A DNA stretch of 63,118 nt, the filler included, from Licmophora abbreviata (lineage: Eukaryota), in assembly GCA_900291995.1 (NCBI GenBank). It is 6 parts of 6 records of this genome, joined end to end, with 100 filler letters (N's around TTAATTAATTAA, not from the genome) between each part and the next. Parts side by side here need not be neighbours in the genome. Positions count along the whole stretch, not along the records: positions 14,073 to 37,912 come from OLMU01004848.1; 5 more parts are not named here. One strand, 5' to 3'. Each line of letters begins with the position of its first letter. Positions within the stretch are counted from its first letter, which is position 1. The notes under the pieces were generated by a model. That model did no database searches. It saw only the letters and a list, made by a program, of their open reading frames with translations, and was not told where the DNA came from. The position numbers were made by a program, and so were the translations under genes. Positions 25,200-37,600 of the stretch are shown piece by piece.

Positions 25200-25607
25200 G
25201 ACTTGGTCTGCTGATCACATCAAAGGCAGTTTAGATCCTCCACTGAATGCACATGCTATTCCTGCGCCGGGGGCGGCGGCGGCGAGTTCGATGCGTCGGC
25301 GGTCCTCACTCGCGGTTCCCATCGTGTGGTGTTCACATACGTGGGCGCGGGAAAGTCAGTCCCGAGTCTGAGTCACACTTCCTGAGGTGTTGCTTCGTCG
25401 CTTGCCTGCTGCGACATAACCCTCACCCTTTTTCAAAGTCAGGTTGTTCTCATCACTACTCGCTCGCACTTGTGTACATGGACGAACGAGGAGAAGTCGT
25501 ACCAAAAGGAACCTCAGCACACTCTAATAGCAGCGTCATTTTCTCTCTCTCTAGCTTTAGCTCTCTTCACAGTCATCTCGCTCGTCGAGTGCAGCAGTGC
25601 GCACCAA

Positions 25608-26570
25608 CTACGAAAACAACCTTCCAAAGATCCCTTGCCTGAGTCTCTTTCTCATACACACAATGGTAGTAGAAGCGTTCTTCATGTTTCCCTTTTGCGT
25701 CGGCAACAGTGTCGTAGCTTTGGGATCTTCCCATACCTTTCTATACCCCAACTTTCGATACAATCGAATCGCAGGAGTATTCCTCTTTTCCACATACAAA
25801 TAGCACTCGTCATATCCCCATTGGTTACGAACCATCACTTCCGTCTGGGTCACCAGTTCCTCTGCGATACCACGTCGACGAAACTTGCGTCCCACAGCGA
25901 GATTGCTCATGAGCGGTGCCGTCGCCATCGTCCCGCTGCTTTGCAAGTCGGTAGTCGGTATTCGATCCACTTCAATCCCCACCACGCCCATGCACGTAGT
26001 GCCCCTGGTGCACAAGAGCAGTTCCGATCGTCGGTCGGTACCGATATTACCGATGCGTCGACCATAGCGTCTTCGGAATTCGGTCAACTGAGATTGATAG
26101 AGAGACTTGCGTTGTCGATCGCTGAGTGACTTGGCACCGCCTCCGACTTTGTTGGTCCTGAGTGAGAGATGAGCATATATATATATAAAAGAGTCAGATT
26201 TGAGTCCCCGACTGTTGTTGTTGGACATCATTTGCACTTTCAGAGTCGAAGATACACACCAAAAGGCATCTGTGAAAAAGTCAGCAGCCTGAGCGAGCTT
26301 CTCTTCGTCTCCTTGACTCGGTGCTGTTTTCGCTCCAGGACGCAGGAGGAAGGCTCCCAGTCCAAAGATGGGAGCTGTGGATACTCCAAAGGCTGCTGCC
26401 ATGGAAGATGTGGAAAGTAGTAGTAGTAGTAGTAGTAGAAATGTTCCCGTGAACAGCGGAACTCTTCGCAAGGAGTGATGGGGTCGGCTCGTTGTACAAT
26501 CTGAACGGCGATGACGCGTGCGAGGACATAATTTTGGCATTCTCAGGATCGATCGATTCATTCGTCGCAA
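25608..26570 (-). CDS. GNAT N-acetyltransferase, probably plastid-targeted; 102-nt intron at 26158-26259; start uncertain
   Basis: Acetyl-CoA-binding 'MSNLAV..KFRRRGIA' and 'YLYVEKRNTPAIRLYRKLGY'; poly-Leu signal followed by 'AAAF'. Confidence 0.85.
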   Translation of the reverse strand: MRRMNRSILRMPKLCPRTRHRRSDCTTSRPHHSLRRVPLFTGTFLLLLLLLLSTSSMAAAFGVSTAPIFGLGAFLLRPGAKTAPSQGDEEKLAQAADFFTDAFWCVSSTLKVQMMSNNNSRGLKSDSFIYIYAHLSLRTNKVGGGAKSLSDRQRKSLYQSQLTEFRRRYGRRIGNIGTDRRSELLLCTRGTTCMGVVGIEVDRIPTTDLQSSGTMATAPLMSNLAVGRKFRRRGIAEELVTQTEVMVRNQWGYDECYLYVEKRNTPAIRLYRKLGYRKVWEDPKATTLLPTQKGNMKNASTTIVCMRKRLRQGIFGRLFS

Positions 26571-26918
26571 GATCTCAGGATGCTTCGTTTCAATCTTTGG
26601 TGGTACTACGTTATTAACTCTTCTCTTCCATCCTGTCTCACGTCGGATGATGGTTTCATAAGAACGAGTCGAAACATAACAACAACAACAACAGCGCAGT
26701 CTCGATTTTTTGTTTCAAGGAATAAACACGTCAGACCTCGTGATGAGAGCTCGAATCTCGGACAAACAATATTCCGCCGGAGAAAAACGAAAAAGGGATC
26801 AACGCGACGACAATGGCCTGAGCTATTATGTGTCACAGAAACGAACGCATTCAAAGCTCATACAAGCTGCAAAACCTCACACGACTCCCTCTCATATCAA
26901 TCGTTTCCAAGACGAACA

Positions 26919-27128
26919 ATGTGTTACAAGCAAAAGTGTCGAGATTGCAAAAAGGTCACTTGGGGTGGATGTGGGAGGCACATTGAATCGGCGCTCCGAG
27001 GGGTTCCTGAATCAGACCTCTGTTCCAATTGGAAGGAGGGTGTACGAAACCCATGCGGCGAAAAGAGGGAAGGTGCGGAAGATACTGAAACCAACAATTC
27101 GTGGACCAGTCTCTTTGGATTCAGGTAG
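26919..27128 (+). CDS. Small Cys/His-rich protein (69 aa)
   Basis: 'MCYKQKCRDCKKVTWGGCGRHIESALRGVP...C' matches a small-protein pattern MC..CxxC.K.TW.GCG.H that I recall from other eukaryotes and bacteria. Confidence 0.65.
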   Translation: MCYKQKCRDCKKVTWGGCGRHIESALRGVPESDLCSNWKEGVRNPCGEKREGAEDTETNNSWTSLFGFR

Positions 27129-27264
27129 TACTTTGAATTAGTAAGAGTGGTGCCCCCCGGTTGTGGGTGTACTTCCATACAAAATCAGAGTGTGTAACCT
27201 ATCCATATTTAGAACCTATCATCGAACGGACGATCCTACACTCCAAACCAATCGTCCATCGCGC

Positions 27265-28256
27265 TCATCCATGCTTCTCCAGCACGGCCAAGTACCCTTC
27301 CTTCGTCTCCTCTGGAGACCCCGCTGCTGCGGGTTTCACGATAAGCTTTAGTCCAGGCAGTGTCTCTAGCTCCTCTGCATCAGGCAGGCCCCGTTTCACC
27401 AGTATCGGATTCGCCTTGAGTTGCTGCACAACATGGGTCGCTCCCTGTGCATGCAGAATCACCAGTTTGCCGCCAGGCGTGAGCAGCCGACTGGCCTTTT
27501 CGAGTGCCAAGGACATGTCGGGAATGTCGTGCAGTGACGAGCAAAAGATGATGCTATCGAAACCATCCTTCGTGTCCTTGTTGTAATCGTGCAGAAAGTC
27601 GACCGCCTCGAAATGGACGCCCCTTGGTTGCAAGTTACGGGCATGACGAATCATCTCCGGTGACAAGTCTACACCATGTATCGCCGACGGCTTTAGACCA
27701 CACTCGATCAAAGTCGGTACCAAGACACCGAACCCACATCCCACATCCAAACAACGTCCTTCTTTCCTTGTGCTATTGTTAGATCTCATTTGCACAGCCT
27801 CACTCACAACGCGACACGCCCGTTCCACTCGCTCTTGCACCACGCTCGACATGGTCCCCGTAATACTCCTCGCCGCCTTGGCATCGGCGGACGCATCCCA
27901 CGTGAGTTTCTGAAAGGCATTGCGCACGTCCGTTTCCGTCATGGCATGCGTCACATAGAGTCGCTCCAACTCGGCCTGAGCACGCTTGGCACCGTCCAGA
28001 ACAGAGGAAGGCAAGTTGGCTTGTTGCAAGAGATCCAGTGATGCAAGACGTGCATTGTGCAATTGCAGTTCTTGATATAATGTCGTGGCAGATAGCAGGT
28101 GCGGTGGCAGTTGAGCTCGTAACTCTTCTATGCGTCGGGCTGTTCCTTGTGCAATGTCCTGGGGCGAGGTGCCGCCGTAGGTCTTTTCGAGCTGTTTCCA
28201 AACTTGCTTTTGTGTAGTCTTGTCAGCAGTCTTTTGTTTTCTTCCAAAGCCACCAG

Positions 28257-28288
<32 letters not shown>

Positions 28289-28476
28289 GTAGCAGCAGTT
28301 CCCCCGAAACCCTTTTTGGCGGCGAATAACACACATGAGGATGATTGTGTGGAAGAGAATATTCTAGCAGATCCACCCGGCGCGACAATGAAACTGGAGT
28401 CGCATCGTCGGCACAGTAGTACTACTAGAACAAGCAATAACAACCAGAACATCATCGGGCTATTCCACAAGAACAC
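27265..28476 (-). CDS. Class I SAM-dependent methyltransferase with signal peptide
   Basis: Motif I 'CLDVGCGFG', 'GVDLSPEMI', 'FDSI...SLHD' and 'LTPGGKLVI'. Confidence 0.85.
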
Positions 28477-28935
28477 AGTCGGCGGCGGCGTATCCTATGA
28501 TAGAACTCTTGCGTGTGAATCGTACGCCTGTGCTCACCGAAACAGTACAAGTAGGGCGGTATCTGTCATGGCGAAGTGTGGATGACCACATGGCACACAC
28601 TTCAAACTTCCATCCCCCAAAATCCAAAACGTTTCCCGCATCATCTGACGCCGTACAGACTGTCGCGGCATAGCAATCGATCCAAGAGACCCGGAATTTT
28701 TGAAGTGATGCCAAAACTCAAAACTCACGTCTGTCTGTCGCGATCCTCTTTTTGTTTCAAACTTCTCTAAATTGCCATGAGACACTATACTATACTTTGG
28801 CAGCCGGCGACTATGAGATAATGGTGGCGTCGGTCCAACGCAAGGCGACGCTGTGTCAAAAAATGAGAATGTACTGAAGACTAGACTCTTCCGTACGTAC
28901 GCTCCTCCTGAGACGCAAGAAAGTGAACAACTAAA

Positions 28936-30866
28936 ATGAAGACTTGCTTATTTGTTTGCCGGCGACCTTATTTTGAGAAAACGATTGCTCTGTCTTTGTT
29001 GTTTGCTTCTTCGTCAAGACTGGTCATGGTGAGCGCCATGTCACTGCAAGAAGTCACGTACGATCAAGCTCGTCTCGTGCGACTGAAGGAGGGCCACAGT
29101 GCGGCCATGCCCTTGTATCAGGAGTGTCTCGAATCAAGAAATCGTTGCAAACACAACCCACACCAAGATTGGACTGCAGCGACTCGTATTGCCGCGTCTC
29201 CCGAGACTCCTTATCGACATGACGCAGCATGTCGACTGGACGCTTGTTTAGATGGTGGTGATAGAGTGCAAGATTTACAGTCCCTCTTGAAGGACAGTGG
29301 CTACACGACACACAACATTCAACGTCTACTGAGAGTTCCAGAAAGCAAGTGGGCGTCAGCACCGATTTATATTCGACCCTGTCGTGCCGGTGATACCCGC
29401 ACAGTTCCTTCCATTGCTATTCCGAGCCAAGAGAGTGGTACCCAGCAGTCCTCTCTCGAGTGTCTCGTTGCGTTGTTCTTGTTAGGACTTGCAGGTAGGT
29501 CCTATCTATCTATAACCCGTGCTATGATTGCTCTGTGGAATGTACGCTGCGATACTCTCTTCTGACTTGTTTTGCGTGTTATTGTAATTTGCACCACTCT
29601 TCAGCCCCACGCCAAACACTGTCTCGATGCTTGTTGGGTGGACAAGAGAGCATCGAACTGTTGGAACACTTTGGCTTGGCCTTTCAGTGCAGTGTAGATT
29701 CCTCCCTGGTTGTTCCGTACGTGCACATTATGCCGCTCACCAGAATGTTGGAATCTGAGGATGCTGCTACTGCTGCGAATCCTCTTTATCTGGTGACGGA
29801 TTTGCATCCGAGTGTCTTGTCTGCTACCACGGTGGGAACTCGAAACGAAGGTGCTGTCATGTACATTGGCCCCGACTCGTTAGCGCTGGTGCAGCATATG
29901 CAGCCATGGTTGGATACATGGTATGCTACTTCTACCAGGGCAAGAGAGCACCAGGAAGATCGGTCACTTTCGGTTCTTGACGTGTGCACAGGCAGTGGTA
30001 TTCAAGCCTTGGCTGTGTTGTCGCGATTCCCTCATGCTCAAGCTCTTTGTGTAGACGTCAATGAACGAGCGCTGCGGTTTGTAAAGTTCAATGCAGCCCT
30101 GAACGGCATGTCGGAACGTGTACGCGTTCTGCAAGGAGATTTGATTCAAAGTGTGGGCCAAGGAGGCGATGCTGGAGAGACGACAGTCGATCTGTTGCAG
30201 TGCATAAGGCGAGCCTGGCATCAAGACCTGGGGCACAGCAGACTCGCGTTGTTCGACTTGATTGTCGCCAACCCACCCTTTATCCCGGTACCTCCCGATG
30301 ATGACATTATTCGGAAACGGTACGGGCTCTTCTCGTCAGGAGGTACGAGCGGTGAAGAGGTGCTGGAGGGAGTTGTAAGGCTGGCCGCGAAGCTATTGGT
30401 CGAATCGGGAGGTATATTGGGGGTAGTATCGGAATATATGAATCCACCAAGAAGAGATGTTGGCTCGATGGACGAGGAAGGAAAAGAAGTAGAGGGGACA
30501 GAACTTTTGAATCGACTACAAGAATGGTGGAAGTCGTCCAGCGATGCTGCTGCGATTGCAATCTTGCTTACGAACGAGATTCCTGTGGAAGCATCTGTCT
30601 ACACGACTCGACGAGCTGAGTCCGAGTCAGAGAAGGAGCTTTGGGAGCGTCACTTGGGGCTTTTGGGAATTACACACGTCTCACCAGGTCTCCTGTTTGC
30701 ATATACTACGACAAGCGGCGACGCCTTGCCATCGCCATCAAGATTAACGAAAGTGCAGCATTCTCTTATTCCAAAGACATCCGCCGGATCGGTTTGGACT
30801 CCATCGAATGGCGACGCCATAAACTTTACAAGGACCTCAGTGATGGAGAACCTATTCCAATGTTGA
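28936..30866 (+). CDS. HemK/PrmC-like (NPPF) SAM-dependent methyltransferase; intron about 29495-29604
   Basis: 'VMYIGPDSLAL', 'LDVCTGSGIQAL', 'DVNERAL' and 'DLIVANPPFIP'. Confidence 0.8.
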
Positions 30867-31365
30867 GGCTATTTGGCAACCACTGACACTCTGTTGCACC
30901 TAGCACTGAACGTCAGCCGGTTCTTTAACTGCCGCGACTGATGTGGTGAAAGACCTCCGGTGGCGTCATGGGTAATAGAGTAGTCTACCGGTACCACTTC
31001 CTGATTTTTTGAAAAAACGTACTGCCGGTACAGAATCCTTTTCCGGACATACTCGTACTCAGATCTTTGCACACTTCAAAATAATTAACGGTCGGGTGGG
31101 AAATCTATCCTACAGACACTAATACAAATTATGCGTTTTGCTTTGTATCATTTTATTAGGCAATTAATATCGTTCATTCATAGAACTATCAAGTCAGCTG
31201 AGCCGATGTGCCATACCCAAATTTTTCCCAATTTTTTTCCAAATTTTTCGGGCCCGGGCAATTTTTTGCGCGTCGCAAAACATTGCTCGATCACAAACTC
31301 ACAATTTAGCCTTCCTTGTTCTGTACGGTACTAGATCCAGGTAAGTCAAGAGTCACCAGTCAGCC

Positions 31366-33004
31366 ATGGAAGTCTCTGAAGCAAAGCCCAAGCCCAAGCT
31401 CTCCAAGAAGTGGGTTGGACTGGGACTGCTAGTAGTTGCCGCCGTCGTGGGTGGCGTTGTGGCGGCTGTGGTCGTCACCCGCGATGACGGCAATAGTGGA
31501 GGCGATGCGCAAGGGAATCGTGTGAACCCCTTGAACTCCGGTACTGTGCCTCCCACCGTCGGCCCGTCGGAATCACCATCGGATTTACCGTCCTTGTCTC
31601 CATCGGTGCGTGCTAGCGATGTTCCGAGTACGGCGCCCTCGACTTCCCAGGCTCCTACCACCAGCTCTCCTTCGCTGTCCCCATCGATGGTTCCAAGCGA
31701 ACAACCGTCTATGGTACCCTCCTTAAATCCAACTATCACTCAGGTAATTGTTCCAGTGAATCCAGTTCCGGACAATCCTCCCCAAGGCTACTTCAACTAC
31801 GATATGAATGACGACAAGTACGGTCCACACCGATGGAATCGTGTCAATGTGAACAACGGTCCCCTGCGCGAGTTCAGCAGGAATGGCTTTGGTGTCTGGA
31901 AAGGACACTGGAACGACAAAGACCCGTTGAATAATCGTTGCGATGGACCTGCTCGTCAGCAGAGTCCCAAGAATCTCGTGGAAGCTGCGGGAGGCAGAGA
32001 ACCGGGCTGGTGTGACGCCGGTCACGAAATTCGGAGCAAGGTATGTATATTGTATCAGTATCATCGTATGATGCTAGGAACGGCGCTTCACTCGATTCGC
32101 TGGAAGTCAAGTCTCAAATTTTGTGATTTTTTCCGCCTTTTCTCAGTGCGGTTCGTATCCTTTGAATAGTGACGAGTACGAGCGGCAGATCCTACCGCAC
32201 AAGCTGAGTCTGGTCATGAACCGCCGCCCCTGCCTTCAGGTTGACCAAGGCCGTTGTCAAGAGAATAACCCTCCTATTGCGGACTATCCGAGATACAGCA
32301 GCAGTCTCTCGTCCTACTCGGACTTGATCAACTTTGATGTCAAAGTGCCAGGCGAACACACCCTTGAGGGAGTCCGCTTTGACGCCGAGATCCAAATGCT
32401 GCACACTCATGTGGACCACCGTCGCATCAGTTCTATTGGGGTTCCCGTCCGGGCGACCGGCAGCGGCTACAACGAGGAGTTTCAAGCCGTCCTAGATGAG
32501 TTTCAGTGGGCCTACGAGCGGGACGCAAACGAGTGTGCCGGTGGGAGACGCAATCTCCGGCGATCGGACTTTAATGCGACAGGCCGGGGCAGTCGTTGGG
32601 AACACGAGTTCTCGACGGCGAATAGTCCTGCATTTGCTCGGCGGGAGCTCCAGAGAAATCCGTTCAATCCGTATACGGAGGCATTCATGCCAGACATCAA
32701 CTTCTATCGCTATGACGGCAGCACCACTGACCCGCCGTGCTTTCCACTCACGTGGTGGGTTATGATAGAACCCATGATTATCAGTTTCGAGCAATTGAAT
32801 CAAATCAAGTACCTGCTGTTTACTCATGTGGACGGCCAATGCCGGAAGACCAGTGTTCACAATGAAAACCAGGAAGTGGTGAGGCCGATTCAGCCTTTGG
32901 GTGACGAAAGAGGTATTCAGTACTGCCCAAAAGGATCCTTCGAGCCAGATGAACAGAAAGGCAGAGGCGACGGTAACAAGTGCCGTGCGGCAAACAAGAA
33001 GTAG
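31366..33004 (+). CDS. Membrane-anchored alpha-carbonic anhydrase-like protein; intron 32041-32146
   Basis: N-terminal TM, PSxxPS stalk, 'GPHRW', 'QQSP', 'PGEHTLEGVRFDAEIQMLH', 'FYRYDGSTTDPPC...WWV' and 'RPIQP'. Confidence 0.82.
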
Positions 33005-33390
33005 TAGTTTATATACAGGACGAATCTCATGAATGAGTCTGTCAGTCGTCTGCATGCCATGTTTGGGCACGAAAGTAGAATGTAACTCAGTGCTATAACT
33101 AAGCTTGGCGATGTTGTGAAGACGTCCTCGTACCTCCTCCAGTGTTCTAGACGAAGGTACCGTATTCAAGGCCTGACTGTAAGGATGGCGTTGGCCGCAT
33201 GGGGAAGCTCAGAACCTCACCTACCCAAACGCCGACAGCCACTCATCATCATCAACTTCTTGCAAAAAAATAGCGTAGTCATTGGTCATGGACCGGCGCA
33301 TGAACTGGCTGGACTCTCATCGTGTCCGTGCCGCGAGACAGTCTGCACTCCTATCACACTAGTCTACCATCCTCCTCCTCATTAGTACTC

Positions 33391-34002
33391 ATGGACCCCC
33401 GCGAACGCGATGCCTTGGCATTGAAAAAGAAGCAGACGCGGGAATTGTTGGATCGCGCCTACCAACGCGTCATTCGGTCGCAGCTCGAAAAGTTGCCCAC
33501 CCACCCGCAAAGCAGTAGTCAAGAACAAGAAGAAGCATACCAAGAGCAATTGAAACAAGAACGAGAGCATCGAACTGCCAGTAAGAGCAGCAGCAAAAAG
33601 TACAGCAAGGACCAGGAAGAACTCTTGCGTGAGACGGGTCTGAGTGGGCAGGTCGTTGCGCTCATGGGGAAACATGAGGATGGTGGCGATGGCAAGAAGA
33701 AGAAAAAGAAGCGAAAGGAGCGCCAGGCTATGAAAAGCAAGCGGTCAAGACAAGAAGATGCGGATAGTAGCAGCAGCGATAGCGATAGCAGCAGCGACGG
33801 AAGGAGACGACGACGGAAAAGGAAACGACGCAAGGACAAAAAGAAGAAGGACCGAAGGAAAAGAAGCTATGACAGTGAGGAAAGTAGTGCTCATGCGACG
33901 AGCAAGAAACAAAAAAGAGATGAAGGTGGCAAGAAGAAGAGGAGGCGAAGGACTTCAAGCCCATCATCAGACAGGAAGCAGGAAGCAACAGGCGATGGGT
34001 AG
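33391..34002 (+). CDS. Lys/Arg/Ser-rich hypothetical (probably nuclear) protein
   Basis: ORF of about 200 aa with poly-K and poly-R NLS-like tracts. Confidence 0.6.
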   Translation: MDPRERDALALKKKQTRELLDRAYQRVIRSQLEKLPTHPQSSSQEQEEAYQEQLKQEREHRTASKSSSKKYSKDQEELLRETGLSGQVVALMGKHEDGGDGKKKKKKRKERQAMKSKRSRQEDADSSSSDSDSSSDGRRRRRKRKRRKDKKKKDRRKRSYDSEESSAHATSKKQKRDEGGKKKRRRRTSSPSSDRKQEATGDG

Positions 34003-34674
34003 TTTCGTCGTCGATCATACAAACTATCTATAGCAGTATGATACCAAGCATGATAGAGAAAGCGATCCGTGTGGCACGAGGTATCGTAGTAATATTAGAT
34101 AGCAACAAATGGAAAGCAGCTCTCGAGGATGAGATCTCGATCGAACTTAGCACTGCCCTACAGGTCAGTGATCTCAGGACTCTACGTTTCTCTGGCTAGC
34201 TCATGCAAATGCTCTTGGTGGTGGTTCGAAAGGTGTTCGAATGGACAAGGCGACGTACTAACCGATACTTGCACCGCTGCCATACGGCATAACCTGACCC
34301 CAGGCATGCGGAGCCTTTGGGTGATGCAATGTTCGAGCTCACAAACCATGAGACAACAGACGAGCTCGTCGAACTCCACCGCGCACCGATGGCCACGAAC
34401 ACGCGCGCGTTGGCTCAACGCTTTTTCTGCATCAGCTTTCGCGTTGCTGCGTGGACGTGGTCCTTTGTGCCACAACATTGCACTTGCGCGTCGCCTCTGT
34501 CCATCTTGTACACACGCTGGCGTCGTGTCAGAGCAGGATTGAACGGCCTATTGTCTTTCTGTGTGACTTTGGCTTTAATTTAAGAGTCTCTGACACAATC
34601 CTGGTGAAATCTGGACGAGAAGCTGGAGAAATTGACTCAAATTAAGTCTCAGTTTCAAACTTATCGGTACCATC

Positions 34675-37600
34675 ATGGTGGGCCATTTTCTACACGGCGG
34701 GCATCACCACTCGGGCCGACGACGGAACGGCGCTTCTCAGCGGGCGAATCGCGGTCACGAACGCCAGAATGGGGAGACAGCATCGCAGTCGTCCCCCATG
34801 TCGACTACCAGCACCGGAGAACCTTACTATCCGCCGCATCACTTGACAGCCGAAGCCGTAGCTGCACTGCCCCCTCCGGGGGTATCGGGTCCGACGGGGC
34901 TTTCGTTTTCTCCGTTTCTGGTTCGACGGAAGGAGCAGAGTGAAGATGAGAGTGCGTGTACGGAGGAGTCTCTCTACCTGGCCTTTGTTTCGTCGCTTCC
35001 CAACAAGAGCGACGCGACCAACGTCAGTGCAACCAGTACCGCAAGTGCGAAAAAGAGCCGACTGGGCAGCAACACGAAAAGAAGGTCCACTTCAACGTCA
35101 AACCAGCACGGGGAACGCCAAATATGTATCGTAGATTGTGCGAAGATGATGCATGGTAGCGACGACGACATTACTCCGCCGACGATTCGTCCACTACTAA
35201 GGTCTGGCCGAAACGTCACTGTGACTCGATCGGCAACGACATCCTCTCAACAGCAGCGCGAGCAACAGGACTCGCTAGAGGAACGACTGCGACGGGAGCG
35301 ACAGCGGATGCATAGCAGTGGAGGAAATGCCACCCAATTTTCGTGGACTCCATATAAAGCGTCAGATGGCAACACAGAGCTACGAGTCTTGGTGCCCAAT
35401 CGTGGAAGTATATATGTGCAACATACCGTCAGTCATGAGTACAGTGACTTGGCCTCACCTCCACCATCTTTTCAATGTCTATATGACAAGATGCAACATG
35501 GGGTGGGTGCCATTGATCCTCAGCTATCGCCTGACGGCACCATGGTGGCCTTTGTCTTGTCCGGAGATATCTATGTGGTGCCTATTTTCGCTGAAGAGAA
35601 CAGTGAGCCGCCACGCCCGATCCAAATCACGCATGGAGCACAGCCTCAGCAGCATGGGCCTCCAGCAGCGGCACAAGATACAGCTTGGTCTTCCTCGTCA
35701 TCGGTCGCCTCAGTTCTAGCGCAGGATGCGCCTCGACAAACAGTCTGTGTGACACACGGATTGGCGGACTTCATCGCTCAGGAAGAGATGGATCGATATC
35801 AGGGTTACTGGTGGTCGCCCGACAGCGGCGGCATTCTGTTTGCACGTGTGGACGAGTCGCCCGTTCCTGCGTATCGCATCACGCATCAAGGAAGAGACGG
35901 GAGCTCTTCCTCCTTACCGTCGACGACTGGTGGTATGCTCAACAACAACGAATTCAGTGGCGGCGAGACGTCCTATGAGGATCATAGATATCCATTTGCT
36001 GGGCAAGCGAATCCGCACGTACAGTTGGGATACGTTCCGATTGAGCGCGCCAGCATTTTCTGCGTGGACGCGTCTGTTCGAATGCAGGTCGATGAAGAGG
36101 AGGGCAGAGATGAGGATGACTCGAACTTGTCGGCGCAGCACGTGGCGGTTGATATTTGGGAGAATCAAGTTAAATGGCTGTCTCCTCCTCGAGAAGCGAC
36201 TGAATATCTAGCACGTGCTGATTGGCTACCGGACGGGTCGGTGTGGGCACAATGGCAGAGCCGGAGTCAATCAACATTGGTCTTGTGTCGGATAGATATG
36301 ATGACCGGCAAGACGCGGACCCTGCTGACCGAACGAACGAACACGTGGATCAACTTGCATCACATGATGTATGTCTTGCCAGCGATCCATCCTACCGACT
36401 GTGACTTGGATTCGGCCAGCCGACTTCATAATTTGCCGGGAGCCCCCCTTCCGGAAGGATCCTTTTCGTTCTTGTTCGCGTCAGAACGGTCAGGGTACAG
36501 TCATTTGTATCTATACACTTACATTCCCGGGATCAACAATGAGCAAGCAATATTGCTCAGGACGATCTCGGCGGGAGACTGGATGGTGGAGAGTATTGTT
36601 GGTGTTGACACGGACAGAGATATTGTCTATGTAACTGGAACGTATGATTCACCTCTGGAAAAACACTTGTATGCACTTCCCCTTCGCTATGCCGCGACAG
36701 CTTTGGGTCCTTCCACCCCATCCGATGATCCACAGAGCAGTTTGAGTGATGTAACCATGGCGTCCCCGGGAAACGGAACTAGCGGTCGTGGTATGCGAAG
36801 AGGACTGAAGTCAGTAATGAGCGCTTTGAGTGGTGCGGCGAAACCGCGGTTGCGAAGTTCTAACAGTTCCACGATGAGTACCACCGATTCAATGGATCCT
36901 GTACCGCCCCTTCGCCTCACAATGGAAGCAGGAATGCACACTGTGTCTATGGATGATGACTGTCGTCTGTTTGTCGACTCGAGTTCCGATTTGGAGCGTC
37001 CTACACAAGTGAGCGTCTTCCGAATACCTGAGGAAGGTCCTTTTGCTAGAATACAAGGACCCGGCTCGTCGCTGCACGTATCACCGCCGCGGCTGCTGTT
37101 TACAGTTTACGATGCCTCCGGAGACGACCCCGACGCTCTCGTCCCGTCACTAGATACCTCAGAACGACTCAGAAGTTTGATTCCTCCCGAGATGTTGTCG
37201 TATCCAACTTCAGATGGTACGGAAACGTTGTATGCAGCACTGTACAAGCCGGATCCGCGCGCGCACGGCCCCGGTCCTTATCCCCTCGTATGTGCCGTGT
37301 ATGGTGGTCCTCATGTTCAACGTGTCAATCGTTCCTGGACCCAGTGCGCAGACATGCGTGCCCAGCGCTTATGCTCTCTTGGCTTCGCGGTCGTCAAGTG
37401 CGACAATAGAGGTTCCTCTCGACGAGGAGTCAAGTTTGAAGCAGCCGTCCATCGTCGGTTGGGACGACTGGAAGTGCTAGATCAAGTTACTACTGTTCGT
37501 CAGCTGACCATGAGGGGTATTGCCGATCCTTCTCGTGTTGGTATCTACGGCTGGTCGTACGGCGGATACTTGGCGGCCATGTGCCTGAGTCGAGCTCCCG

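Noticed and set aside
31215..31270. AATTTTT-rich tract as an snRNA Sm site or other ncRNA
   Set aside because: No recognisable snRNA sequence or stems; it looks like promoter-proximal poly(dA:dT).
34129..34583. Possible small gene between the Lys-rich gene and the peptidase
   Set aside because: Several overlapping short ORFs, none with a recognisable motif or a clear start.
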